Origin: Psammoneis japonica
Taxonomy: Eukaryota
NCBI GenBank assembly: GCA_008632985.1
Contig: QPGO01000072.1
Span: 186,001 to 250,000 of the forward strand
DNA length: 64,000 bases
Reading direction: 5' to 3'
Shown here: in pieces, positions 1 through 12,794 of the stretch
Layout: the number at the start of each line of letters is the position of its first letter
Position numbering within the stretch: the first letter of the stretch is position 1
Notes under the pieces: generated by a model
What the model saw: only the letters and a program-made list of their open reading frames with translations
Told to the model about the DNA's origin: nothing
Database searches by the model: none
Program-made: the position numbers and the translations under genes

Positions 1-321
1 AAGGATTAAATAGCTGAAAACCATAAAAAGTGTACTTAGTCTCGATTGGTTCCCTGTACTTACTTTAAACGAAATCTACAACTCGGCATACTCGCCACGA
101 ACGATCGAAGGGGCTAGTAATCGCCGAAAACGATTGCCATACTCGATCGTATACCGGTACCAGGTATACCTAGACAAATCGTCAACGCTACGTAGTTTTC
201 GCTTTTTGTAATACATGTGCTGTAATAATGTGTAGTAACAGAATAGGAAGGAGTAGCTGAGCGAGACGCCAAATACAACTATCAATTCGTCCGAGAGTCA
301 AACTACAACTCGACAATGGCG

Positions 322-957
322 TCATGAACAAAGCTGCTCCGAAAATGATGAGAGCCTTGAAAGGGCAGGATATATACCTTCCTTACACGTGTGATCAATC
401 ATACCTCCTGGGAATTTCCTTCCTTGAAAGAAACACTGCAACTCTTCCACATCGATCTCAGCAGTTTCGTCATCAAAACACAAAGGCGGTAGCGTCACTT
501 CCCAGTGGGATTGCTGAAGTACCCATCTTGATGCTTCAACCATTCCTTTCCAGTCAAAATCATGGGCAGAACTGAAGTGTGAAACAACTTGTAGAGAATT
601 GAGAAGCGAAGCGTGCTCCAGCACATGAGGGTGTTTCTTGATGTCTCGAAACAGCTGTCCGACCTTTTCTCTTGCCTTCTCTGTTTCAACCAGTTCCCAT
701 GTATCGTATTTTTTGCATGTGCACTTTAGGAATCTACCTCCAGATTCACTCACATGATCAACTATTTCTTGGTACAGCATGTTTCTCAACTTTCGACAGC
801 TTGGAGGAATCTGCTGGTACTCAGGGAGAGCCAAGCCGACAGCAGTCCTCAGGCAGACGTTTCCGACATGCATCACACTATGGTTGTCTTTTCCAAAGAG
901 AATGTCATGGTCACGAGGGTTTAGAGTTTCTTGAAAAGGATCTTCTTCATCCATCAT
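322..957 (-). CDS. DUF6824-domain protein (diatom-expanded family)
   Basis: 211-aa ORF with the motif series DILFGK...HVGN..LR...Y...EIVDHVSESGGRFLK...WELV...AREKVGQLFRD, which is typical of DUF6824. Normal Tyr and TpA content. Confidence 0.8.
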   Translation of the reverse strand: MMDEEDPFQETLNPRDHDILFGKDNHSVMHVGNVCLRTAVGLALPEYQQIPPSCRKLRNMLYQEIVDHVSESGGRFLKCTCKKYDTWELVETEKAREKVGQLFRDIKKHPHVLEHASLLNSLQVVSHFSSAHDFDWKGMVEASRWVLQQSHWEVTLPPLCFDDETAEIDVEELQCFFQGRKFPGGMIDHTCKEGIYPALSRLSSFSEQLCS

Positions 958-1161
958 TGCGCCTTCGCAAGTTAATCGTATGCAAAATATGAAAGAAGTA
1001 TTCTGCTTTCGCGCGGATATGAAGAGTTTTTGTGGCGGCGCTCGAAGAACGATAATTATTATGTCTTACTGAAAATTGTGCAATTAAGACATGATATTGA
1101 GACATTTTATACTTAAGGATAAATATGTTCCACGCCACATGAAGGATATCGTAACAATTAA

Positions 1162-1542
1162 GGGGGTCATCCCCGCGTTTGTCCAAAAATTTTTTACCGT
1201 GGCATTTGAATAAGGTTATTTAGACCTATTAGGGTCTATTTTTGAATACAAAAATTATTCTTTTTGTTCACACCCGAGCACCGCGATCGAAGCACGACGA
1301 TGACGACAATCGTCGACAGTTCTCAAAAACGTAGCTTGCAGTCTTCAAACTTTTCATGCACACAAGATCTTTGATGCACAAGGAACATAAAATAAATGAG
1401 AGTTTGAAGACGGACCACATCCGTCACAGACTTGTGGCTTGCTGTTTTCACCATGGTGAAGCGTGGTGAAATTCAGGAAAAATGATGCAAAAAATGAGCT
1501 GTTCGGCAGAATTCAAGCTAAAAAAGTGGCAACCGGCCACCC
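1162..1542. mobile_element. Non-autonomous TIR element (MITE), copy 1, TTAA target site
   Basis: Starts TTAA|GGGGGTCAT and ends ...CCACCC|TTGA. The internal sequence is colinear with 43752-44139 and 44202-44604. The left part is TpA-rich and the right part TpA-depleted. Confidence 0.75.
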
Positions 1543-3179
1543 TTGAGACTCCTGATTGCCAGTGACTTCACCACTCAGAGTGCAGTGAGGGCACGCAATG
1601 CTTTGGGTGGTGGGCCACATCCTGCGCTCGGGGCCATCTTCGCTGTGCTGCGACAAAATGCTCATGACCCAAAACAGCTTTCTTTCTCTCACAGGGGAAT
1701 GAATCACAAAAAAATCACAAATGAAAGCTTTGGGACAAAAAATTGGCATCCCAGATTCCACTGGAATGTCTCTCCTGATTTTGGTGAAGAAGAAGCGGGG
1801 GGGGGGGCACAGTGACGCTCCCAGCTTTCAGGGGGCCCCCTCCTCACTGCAGCTCTGCTTGTGCAGCAGCGACCCTCTTTTTTGTGGCTGCTGCTGCACC
1901 TGGATGGCAGTGACTGCAACAAGATCTGTCTTGGAGTTGGCTGACAAAAAAAAGAAATCGTGAGCCAAGAAGAGCCCCAGGGAAAGCAGGCTTGCTTGCT
2001 CAGCATGGGAGCTTCGGGTGGCTCCCTGGGCATCCTCTGACACTCTGGCAAACACACGTGTGTTGGAAGAGGCTTTCCCCCTGTGGCACAAGAGATGTGT
2101 TGGAGCATCCAGATTGTGGGAATGCAGAGAACCTGGATGTGTTGAAGAGAAGGGTGTTGAAGAGAAGATGTTGAAGATCCTGATGTGGTGGATTTGGTGA
2201 CTTGTTGCACTTGGAATTTCATCATCACCAATCTCACTCACCTTGCATTGTGTCTTGCTCTTTGGAGTGAATTGCCTGGTTCACACAAATTGTGTTTTGG
2301 TGTCACTGGGCACCTGTTGTGCCACAAGTTTGAAGCTTGCATCGACAACTTCCAGGCAAACCACAGCCTCCGGAGCAACCAGGGCAAGTGCAGCAAGTGG
2401 CGCAGGAGGCCTTGTGGGATTCCCTTTCAGTGACATTGACTTGCTGGTTCAACATTCACTTAAAAGGGTCACAACCAGCACTGCATTTGGTGCTCACAGA
2501 TGCACCTCCACACAGTCACCCAACATTGGAACTCTGCATTTTGAGCAGCAGAGGAGGAGGCAGATCAAATGGCAGAGGTCAAGGTCACAACCAAGGCAGA
2601 TGTGACAAAGGTCACAAGTTTCCCCATGTGAGATGTTGCAGCCCAGGTGAGGGTGTGCATCCAAAGACCCTTGAGAACAAAATGGATGCATTGTTGAGTC
2701 ATCCAATGGACAACAATCCTTGCAAACAATGCTGAAAGAGGAACAACGAGGAGTGTGACAACAATGGGAGCAACAGTGACAACAGGTCCAGAGAGAGGCC
2801 CAACAATCAAAAGGACCAGAGGCATGCCCAGAGTGGCAACCAAGGTGATGCCACAGTGCATCATTGCTGTGGTGAGCAAAACCACAAGTCCCCCCAGACT
2901 GCAGACACAATGGTGAAATCCTGCACAAAAAGTTGTGCAGGAGCACTGCCAGACTCCATGGGACCAAGTCATGCACACAGACAACCATGGGACCAAGTCA
3001 TGCACAAAGACAAGAGATGAGAACAATTCATTGGTGGACAGCAACACAGTGCCAACATTGACACAACCAGATCCAATTGATCAACACATTCCAGCCAAAG
3101 AGCATTGCATGGCATGGGTCACAACTGGACAAGGAAAGACCAGGAAAGACCAGAGACAAGTTTGAGCCAAGCCAACACA

Positions 3180-5065
3180 GGTGCTGATTCAGGAGATGAG
3201 ATCATCCTTGACAATCACTCCTGCCCTCAGCATGGCAGCAAGCCGGAGATTGGTGCACATTGTGTGGCCAGTGAGGATCAAGATCAATGTTTCCACCAGT
3301 GCAGGAGTGGATGCTTTTGACAAAGACTGCACCCATGCCTGGATGGGGAGATGTGAAGCTTGGACAGCAGAACATGAGATTGCAAACATCTCCTCAGTCC
3401 AAAGGGTGGAAAGAGCAAGTGCCATGCAGCGTGCAACAACAGAGTGGCAGATGAGTTCTGACCACAAGACAAGAAGACTGACAAGCAAGTCTTGTGGTGT
3501 TCAAAGCAAGAGACACCAGACCATGTGCCTTTGCACCAAGTCAGAAATTCTTTGACTGCACAAAAGACCTCCAAAAGAGAGCAAGTTGCATGTGAGCATG
3601 CTGTCAAAGGGCAAGAAGGTTGTGAAGAAGACTGACAAAAAGCGCAGGAGTGGTGCATCAAGAGCCATTGTTCCAACTGCAAAACAGAACTCCAAAGGCT
3701 GTGCCAAGAGAGAGAGGCAGCAAATGCTGAGCAAGCACTCAGACTGAACTGCAAGGCTGGAACACACCCAGTGCAAGGGATTTCAAGCCATTTGTGTGAT
3801 CCAACCAGGTGAAGAGCTTGTCTGTCACACCTGAAGATGTGGACAGGATGGCAGCCATTTGGAGCCCACTGACAGATGCACTCTGAAAGGCAAGACCAAG
3901 CACGTGTGCTGTTCCTGTGAGAGGAACCACATCATGGCAATTCCACCTGAGATTTGCAAAAGAAGCAGAGAGATGGTGTGTGTGATCCTCTGCATTGACA
4001 CTATGGAAGAGAGGGATTTCCAACACTTGCACCCCCCAGAGCACTGTCATGCAATGAAGAAACCTTGACTGTGACAGACACTTCCAGCTCAAGTTCAGGG
4101 AACTTGCCATTTCCCACATTGAGAATGACCCAATGAACACCATGGAAGCATGTGGCATTGACAGCATGCACCTGCAACCATGTTCTGACTTGCCCAAGGG
4201 TGGACACTGTGTGCTGTCAAGAAGAGCAAGGCATCAAAGAACTCAAATTCACAGGAAAACATGGAGACAATTTGTGCAACGCTGACTGGACTGCAGGAGT
4301 GGACAACAATGAAAGTGACAGTGAAAGCAAAGACAAAAACAAAAACAAAGACAAGCATGACAATGCAAACTGTGCAAAAGAGTCAGAACAAGATGAAAAC
4401 TGCAAAGATGAGCCTGACTCAGATGATGAATGCAAAGAAGCAAATTGCACACTGGCTGATGAAAGATCCAGCCCTGATTGACGGCACGAGATCCAAGAAA
4501 AGAACAAGAAGCTGAGGAAGACCAACAAGACACTGATCCCTGTGATGACAAAGAGTCCAAAAAGGACAATGATTTCCAGGAAGACAACAGATGGGAAGAA
4601 GAATGTTTGGAGGAAGAGGCAGAGCCATGCCAAGCAGAATCACCAGAAGTGGAAAGGCACTTGGTGCATCCAACATGAAAATGCACAAACACAGAGAAAA
4701 CAAAAGTTCAATTTGCAGGAGTGGCTGACACCAAAGGAAGATGTAAAGAAAGAGCAGAGTGAGTTGGAACACTGCCATCATCTGTGCACAAACGCAAGCC
4801 CCAATCCAGAGGACAGCATCAAAAATGTGCAAGATTGATGATGACTGACTCTGAAGTGGAAAGGGTGTGTCTTTAGCCCAACAATGTTTGCTGCACAAAG
4901 GCCTTAAAAAGCACTTGGCAAGAGAAGACATGATGCCTCAGAGAAAGAAATGAAACAGCCACATGACCAAGTGTGCTTTGCTCCAGTGTCAGTCAAGGAT
5001 TTGAGTCCAACTGAAAGGACCAAGGTGACAGCAGCCTTGACATTCCCAAGCAAGAAATGTGACAA
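3180..5065 (+). mobile_element. Degenerate Ty1/Copia (CoDi-like) pol relic
   Basis: Broken frames retain a protease-like IILDNHS, a pre-integrase segment (PTAKQNSKGCAKRE; SVTPEDVDRMAAIW; TLKGKT), an integrase start (IPPEI..VILCIDTM) and a pre-RT segment (LAQQCLLHKGLKK; FAPVSVKDLSPTERTK). It has many frameshifts and an internal deletion. Confidence 0.7.
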
Positions 5066-5746
5066 TAAAAAAAATTTGATTGGGTGACAATCAAAAAAAT
5101 TGATTGTGAATCAAAATTGATGGCTCATCAAAAGAAAGCAATCAAAAATGATCAGCCATGCAACTGAGTCATGAGCACAAGCACGATGGATGTCCATGGA
5201 CATTTTCAAGTTAAGTGTGTGTTTGACATTTTGATTGCTGATCAAAGTTGATTGCCAACTAATTGCTGGTTGTGCAGCAATCAAAAACATTTGATTGGTG
5301 GTCAAAATTGCAGAGGCAATCATGAAAACTGACACACATGAAAAAACAATGGCACAATTGATTCATTGAACAATCTCATTTCCATCACTTGTGCACGAGA
5401 GTGACTGTGAAAACCCGCAAACAGCACTGAGGGTTCCAAGGTGGGTGACACATGATGCAGAGGCCAGCATGGTTGAGGTGGTTGGTGAATGCATGGCCAA
5501 ACCAGTGTCTTCTTGATTTCCACAAAACTTCCACTTGGCCCTCTTGTGGTGTGCTTTGGTCAGTGGAGTCACAGCAGGGGCAGGCAAGCCAGGACAAGGA
5601 AGAACAGGAGGTTCCTGTTCAACCAAAATTGCACATGTTGAAGTCAGGAGAAGATGCCACAATCATGCATGAGATGCAAACAGGGCAGATGCTTTGTTTG
5701 CTGCCACATGACATCTGTCCTTACATTTTGCATGCAATCATGAGGT

Positions 5747-6740
5747 CTTCCAGTTGTGTTGAACATGTTTGCCACCATCCTTGCCATCACGGCATTTTCT
5801 GTGGCAGTGCATGGCATCAACCAGCAGCTGGACTCAGGGCACTTTGTCAGGGAGATGTGTGCCACACACACAGGTTTTGGCAACTTTTGTCCTGACTCTG
5901 TTGCAAGCTCTTGAGGGGATCTTTTGGCCTCATTTGCAAGAATCCATTGCAGCCCATGTGAGTTGGATGAAGAAAATTCTCGGGTGAAGATGCCCAAGAT
6001 GGCTCCAGGAGAGCAGAGCCCCCAACACCAACTTTCCAAGGTTGCACACTGCATTGTCAGAGTTGCTCTTCTTGGCATGGCATGGTGCATGGTGGCAAGC
6101 CCAGAATGGTTTTGGTCTTTTTGCCAATCTTTTCAATGAGAACAACATCAAGAATGCTTTGTGGGGTGTTGCAGGTCATGGTCTCTGCAGCTGCTTTTTG
6201 ACTGTGCTTCTTGTTCTGCAAGAAAGCAGTGCAGAACAAGAAGAAGGCTGAGAAGAAAGAGGAGTCAGCAGGCAGCCAAGCAAACTCAGAAACAACAGAA
6301 CTTGGAACTTGGACAGAGCATGGGCAGAGCATGGCACATTGCAACACAGGATTTGTTTGTGTCAAGAAGCCTCATTTCATGGATGTTTGGCTCCAGCACA
6401 AAGCTGGAAGTCATCATTGCAATGCTTGCCATGCAGGTCATGTCCCAACAAATGATGCTCCTTGGATCATCCCATCACTCCTTCTGATGTTGTGCTTGCC
6501 ACAGTCTCATCCAGTGCCACGAGAACCCACAGCATTCTACAGGAGTCCATGAATTTCCCTTGGCAGCATCATTTGCTCTGCCACCCTTTAGAAAGGTGGT
6601 GGAAAGAGGAAAGAGTTGGGACAACCATGCATGTGCACTGCAGAATCTGAAATGCTTGCAGGCTGATGTTTTTCATTTGGAGCTGAAAGAAAAAGTTGCA
6701 CAGCATGGTGGTGAGACTCTTGGATTTCACATCATCATCT
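5747..6740 (+). pseudogene. Decayed copy of the 3' end and 3' flank of the DOMON-cytochrome b561 gene
   Basis: Colinear with about 14770-15720 (shared strings cctgactctgttgcaagctctt, aagaaggctgagaagaaa, aatgatgctccttgg). TA->TG/CA and CG->TG/CA substitutions and frameshifts throughout. Confidence 0.9.
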
Positions 6741-8284
6741 GCTGGTCTCCAATTGTCATCAGGCAGGTGCCACTCACCTGGGGACTGAGTTTTTGAAAGA
6801 GAGAAGGAAGCACGGGAGTTGTGTGTGGGGAAACACCCCAGGGTCTCTTTGGGCATGCAGAGAAAGACCCAAGCAAATGACAGACCATTTTCAAAAACAG
6901 TTTTTGATCACCATGCACCCGGGTTTTTGTCAAACATTTGCCACATGGAAGCAACTGAGACCAGGTGAAGAGAGATCAGAATGTGAGTCTCTCTCTCAAT
7001 GCACTGTGGAATGAAGGTCAGACCCAAATGACATCATGACATCACAGTTGCATCAAAAATGACCCAGAAAAATGATTTCACTGGGCAACACACAATGCAA
7101 GCACAAGAAGATGACTGGCCATGACATGATGCCAATGGTGGGCCACACACCTCACCCCCTCATGAATGGTGCAATGAATGCCAGCATTGAGCCACACAAG
7201 AGTGTGTCTTGCAAATGACTGTGTCATCAGAAGAGCAACAACTGAAGTGAAATGGTCACAAAAACTTCTCACAAGTTGCTCCGATTGCCAGAGTCATTGT
7301 TGCATCACAGTCGCTGTCAATCTGTTTCTCATGCTGTTTGTTGCATCATTTGTTGCCATCCCACGGGAATCAATTGCAGATGGAAATTGAGTTGGGTCCT
7401 TGGGGTGATCTTTGCTGTTCAGCTCTTCTTGACAGTCTGCCAGCAATCACCCCACATCAACAAATTGTTGTGGTGACGCACCTGTTGCTCACTTTTGTCA
7501 CAGCCCTCAATGACCACACAAGAAGAAAGCACAGATTGACCCCAGGTTGGAGCAACATGGATTTTGACATTGCAGCCTGTCTTGATCTGTTCAGCTGATC
7601 CTGCCAGCAGCACTGCAATCTCATCCGAAACTTTCAGCACACTTGAAATTTTGTCTGGCTCCATTGCAAATGCGTCTGTTTTGAGCATGTCAAAGCATGA
7701 TTCAAGATGACCAAAGCCAGAATCTTCCAAGACATCTGTCAAGCCCAAACACAAATTCCTTTGCAAGGGCATCTGCTCCCAAGCTTTTGGCAGGAATTGA
7801 TGAGAGATGCCTCTGAGTGCAGGTTCTCAAATTGTGCGAATCATGTGGGCTTGGACTTTCTCGCCCTTCAACAACAGACTTTCCATTGCAAGCAAGCTTG
7901 GTGTCTCTGAATCTTCTTCTTGGAGTGTGGTCCCTTGCAGATGTCCTTGAGAAGACATTTGGTGTCTGGAGGCTTGACTGGTGTGGTCACAACAACTGTG
8001 AAAGAGTGGGGGGAGACTGCCACCCTTGCAATGGATCATGGTGAAACCAACATTTTGTGGACAAGGGATGGTGTTGGCACCTGCAGTGACAAGGAGTGTG
8101 CAACTCTCTTTGTGGGACAAGGGATGGTGATGACAAGCAGAAGAGAAACTCCATCCGGTCTTTTTGAGATCAACACTTGTGGGATGAAGCTCAAGGGAAA
8201 CTGGCTTTGCAACAAGTGACATGTCACAAGGTTTTGTGCCGGGGGTGATTTTGATGCCTGGCCAGAGAAAGCGCATGCTGTGGC

Positions 8285-8640
8285 AATGCCAAGAGCCCAA
8301 AAGCAGAAATGGTTTGCAGCATGACTCAATCAACAGAAGGGCAAGACCGAACTGCAAAGCTGTGGTGGGAGCATTTTGTGGTGTGTCATCAAGAGCACAA
8401 AAGTTGAAATGGTTCACAACATGGCCCAGTCAACAGAGTGGTGAGCACAAACTGCAAAGCTGTGGTGGGAGCATGCCATGGTGACACAAAAAGCCTGAAA
8501 ATTGAAACAGTTCACAATGCAGCTCAATTGACAGAGTGCAGAGTGCCAAGAGCAAAGTGTGGTGGGAGCACACTCTGGCGATGCCAAGATCCCAAAAATC
8601 AAAACAGTTTGCAACATGGCTCATTTGACAGAGTGGCAGG
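8285..8640. repeat. Degenerate tandem repeat, about 100-bp unit, about 4 copies
   Basis: Recurring aactgcaaagctgtggtgggagca (about 8351, 8451; variant about 8553) and aaa..gaaa(t/c)(g/a)gtt..caacatg..tca...acagag blocks at about 100-bp spacing. Confidence 0.65.
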
Positions 8641-8929
8641 AGCAAACTCCAAATGACTTGTCAGCATCTTTCTTCTTCTTGCCAATGAGTGAGCACACTG
8701 TGGAATCTTTGTCAGGTCATTCTCAACCAACATGTTTTGATTTGTTCTTGACACCTCCACCAGATTTGTGACAGCAGGATTGTGCAAACTTTTTCTAAAT
8801 GTGGACAAGGGATGGTGCCAGTGCCACACATTGACAACAAAGTGCCCCCAAGAAAATGAGTGTTGGTTGCCCACCATGCAGCTCCAGCTGTGGCATTGAA
8901 TTGCACAACTGCTCCCTGGGGCATCTCAA

Positions 8930-9680
8930 GCAGCTTCTGCAAGAGGCCAAGCATGGCAAGAAAAGTGGAGTGAGCAAAATGCATGTTTTGGCAAACTTCA
9001 ACATCACACAAAATGTGTGCTTGCAGAACAGCACCAAAAGAAAGCAATTGAGTTCTGTCAAGTTGCAATCCCAGAATCCTGCCTGTCAGTGGGGCCATCC
9101 AGAGCAGCTGCCAAGAGGCCAAGCATGGCAAGAAAAGCAGAGTCAGCAAAATGGCACATGTTTTGGCACATTTTAAAATGTCACAATGCACACTCGCTGA
9201 ACAACACCTAAAAGAAAGGTGTCCCAGATTCCATGTGCCCCAATCCCAGAATCCCACTGCCTGCAAGTGGGGCAATCTCCAGCAGCCACCAAGTGGCCAA
9301 GCATGGTGAGAAAGGCAGAGTGAGCAAAGCAGTGCATGTTTCAGTGTGCTTTAGCATCACAATGCATGCTTGCTGAATGATGCCCAAAAGAAAGGCCTCC
9401 CGTGTGCTGTGTGTTGCAACATTGGAATCCTGCCTGTCAGTGGGACCATCTTGAGTGGCTGCCAAGAGACCAAGCATGGTGAGAAAAGTGGAGTGAGCAA
9501 AACAACTCACATTTTGGTGTGCTTTTGGATGTCATGATGTAAACTCACTGAACAACACCCAAAAGAAAGGCCTCCCAGATGCTGTGTGTTGCAGCCCCTG
9601 TCAAGCAGCTTGGCATCCTTTTTGATGTCATGACATGCACTTGCTGAGCAACACCCAAAACAGAATGAGTGGTCATTGTG
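8930..9680. repeat. Degenerate tandem repeat, about 175-bp unit, 4-5 copies
   Basis: ccaagcatgg(c/t)(a/g)agaaa(a/g)g..gagt.agcaaa recurs at about 8947, 9119, 9297 and 9470. Each copy is followed by ...acacc.aaaagaaagg. Confidence 0.75.
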
Positions 9681-12600
9681 AAACCACACAGCTGCTCCAA
9701 CGTGCTGCAAGATTTTGCCAAAACTGGCAAGGGCAAGAAACACATGATGGTGAGCAAGTTGAGTTGCACTCGAGCGCACAAAATCAACATGAGCTCAGCA
9801 AAGCACACCACAAGTTCTTGCATTGAACCATGACTCAGCAACCCAGTCAGTGCAAAATCAAAACCACGCAGGACAAACTAAACAGGATGCCCATGCACAA
9901 AGTGAGCCGTTCATTGTCGAGTCAAGCAAAACCCATTCTTGCTGTGGTGTGTTGTCTTGTTCTGCCACTGTCCACAGTCCACAGCTTGCCATGCCACAAC
10001 AAGATGAAAGAGCTCAGTTAGAAGCATTGAGAGAAAAAAGACACACAAAGAGAGAGAGACTGATGGACAGACAACAGACAAACAGCATGCACACCACATG
10101 CATGGATTGCAGTGGACTGCAGTCAGGCGTTCCAGTGCCTCATCTTCCAACAACTTCACTTGCCTTCTTGACTGACAACACAAACAGTGCAAACAAAACA
10201 CACAGTTTTTTAAAAGCAGCAATGCTGCCTCAAAAACTCTTTTCAAAATCTCTCACTTTTTTCAACACAATGAAGTGTGGAGAGTCTCAGCTCTTCACCA
10301 AGCCAAAACTCATGCAGAACCTGCAAAAAATCCTGGCAGGGCAAAGAGAGATTTTGCCCCCAGGTGAACATCACCTCCCCTCATCATCTTCCTGTTCACG
10401 CAGTCTGGGTCCCTGCAATGCAACCACACATGTTGTTGGAGTCAGTGAGTTGGGTTTGCAGCAGCACACCCCTGAGCAGGGGCCTCTGCACAAACATTTG
10501 GCTGTGTGAAGGCCATTGTGCCGAGGGGCAAATCAAGTTGGGAATGCTCACATGTTGTCTTTGGCACATGAGACACATTTTTGGCATTTGGCAAAAATCA
10601 ATTGTCCCAGTGCCCACACATGAAACACCCTGGAAATGGACTTGCACAGAGGCCCCTGCACTGCAACAGCTCCATGCACTGTCAAGCCATTTTGCTGCTC
10701 AGAACCCAAATCGCACCACACAAACACCATGGTTCATTGATGCTGTTTGCCTGATGGGCTGTTGTGACTGTGCTCTCCCTTTTCCTTAGAAAGCAGGGGC
10801 ACAGGTCATGGCTGCAAGCTCTGCATGAGAATGGCGTGCCCCAAGTTTGGGGAGAATCAATTGGTTTTTGCAAAACACTGAGTTGGCAAGATTTGGTGAG
10901 TTGAGGGACAACAACAGTTCTTGCTAGAGTGTTCATGCCAAATTTCTCATTCACTCTTTTTCTCCCCCCCCCCCCCCCCCAAAAGGAAACATGTGGACCA
11001 CTCAACATTGTGCAAGAAAATGCCATGTGGATGCATCTGCATTGTGAACTGTGATGATTTCATTGTGGACAACAATTGTCTCCTCTCATGCAGCAAGAAG
11101 CAGATTTGCTGCCGGCATGCTGTGTGGCAAAACTTTGGGTCAGCGGTTGAACTCTCAGAGGGTTTCTGTGGATGCTGCACCAACTGGAGCTGACAATGCT
11201 CTGCTCGCTCCCTTCATTGTCAAGCCAGGGGGGCATTTGACAAGCTCCACAAGCAATGTGCCAATGCAACCCTTCAAAGACTCTTGAGGTTTGGTGCAAA
11301 CCTTGTGCAACTGTTGGCGTTTTGACCACTGGACAACAAGCAAGTGAGGGCTCTCAATGATTGTCCATGACAAAGTGTGTTGTGGGAACAGCAGGGCCTG
11401 CAATGGTGTGATTGGAGTGCCTGAATCTGGATGACAGGGCCATGGTTGGTGGCATCCCCAACAAGCTCCATTGGTTGACCAAATCAGTTGCACTTGATTT
11501 AAACTGTGGTGGTGCAATCAGCTCAACATGGGTTGTCATGCCAACATGACTCCACACCAGTGTGAGTCATCATTGAAGTGAAATTCACACTGTCGTTGCA
11601 TCCCATGCTTGCCAGCACTTTGCATTTGCTGTCCACACCATTCTTGAAGCACGCACCCAAGACAGCAGATAAATTCCTCACCTGTCCTTTCTGTGTTGTG
11701 CTTTTCAGCACCTGACCAGAAATCCAAAGGTTGCACAGTGCCCTTCTTGTGAATGTTCTTGACAACAGCAGATTGTGGTGGTTGCCAAGCACCAGCCTTT
11801 GGAGCAAGGTTTGTCCTTTCTCTTCCATGGCAGGTGCCAGCGGGCAGGAAGCACTGGCACATTCCAAGGGAGGATGGTCCATCTTCTGATGATTGTTGCA
11901 TGGTTGTTTGTTGGGAATGTTGTGGTGACGTGACTTTTTTGTGAATCTTTCCATCCATGATCACGTTCTGCAAAGTGCACAAAGTGCACCGGCTTTGAAT
12001 CATTTCTCAAGTTTCATGTGCAACACAGATGAAATTCATTCTTTCTTTTTCTCACCTGGGGTTGGTGTGCCCTTTTGCTGTCATTGTTGAAGGAGCAACT
12101 CCTTTGCTTTCATCTGTCAATTGATTTTTGAGTCGAGAGTTGAACATTCCCACCAACCTTTCAGCTTGTGTCAGCAGAGCTCAAACCACCCCACAGACAG
12201 ACTGAAAAAAAAGCTGCACTCCGACTCACCCACCTTTTGCCTGTTGGCAGATTCGCACGGCATTGAACATGGGCCAGACAGACTGAATCCCCTGAGATGA
12301 AATAAAACGTCCTCTCCCTTTTGCAACACAGTCAGTTGTCTCCTGCAGTCTGCAGTGGCATTTGCCCATCAACTGCTGAATCTTGTTGAGAATTCAATCG
12401 CACAACTCCAGATGGCTCATGGTGGCAGCTTTCATGCTCAGTGATTGTCAACTTTCTCTCTTGCTTCTTGTTCTGGGGGTGAGCCACTTGCCTTTTGCTC
12501 TGCTCTTTTTTTAGGCTGACACTTCTTGTTGTGGCTCTTCTTCTTTGGCGGCATGGTCATCTTGTGAAAGATGAGGAAACAGTGACTTCAAATGGTGCTC

Positions 12601-12794
12601 CTCTGTTGTTGGCCACGTTGTTGGTGGCAGCTTGCAAAGACGGTGTGCAGGAACATCCACCTTGGACCACCTTGGTGGCTCAATTTCTGTGTGGTGTGAG
12701 GAACTCAGCACCAATTTTGGAGAAGTCATTGTCCCTGATTCCTTGCCAGGGTTGCTGGCTGCAGAAGACAGTCCAGCCTTGGAATGCTCTTCAA

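Noticed and set aside
2430..3060. Hydrophobic minus-strand ORF (2565-3047) suggesting a membrane-protein pseudogene
   Set aside because: No recognisable family motif after heavy mutation, so it was not called.
5060..5330. AT-rich stretch with repeated aatcaaaa/ttgatt motifs, possibly TE subterminal repeats
   Set aside because: No clear termini, TSD or period could be defined.
8285..9680. CRISPR-like repeat-spacer array
   Set aside because: Units are similar along their whole length with no unique spacers, there are no cas genes, and the context is eukaryotic.
1500..12500. Dozens of 60-230 aa Cys/His-rich ORFs that look like metal-binding proteins
   Set aside because: They occur in all six frames, lack Tyr and are explained by loss of TAA/TAG stops in TpA-depleted DNA. 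The same applies to 31300-33400 and 39750-45250.
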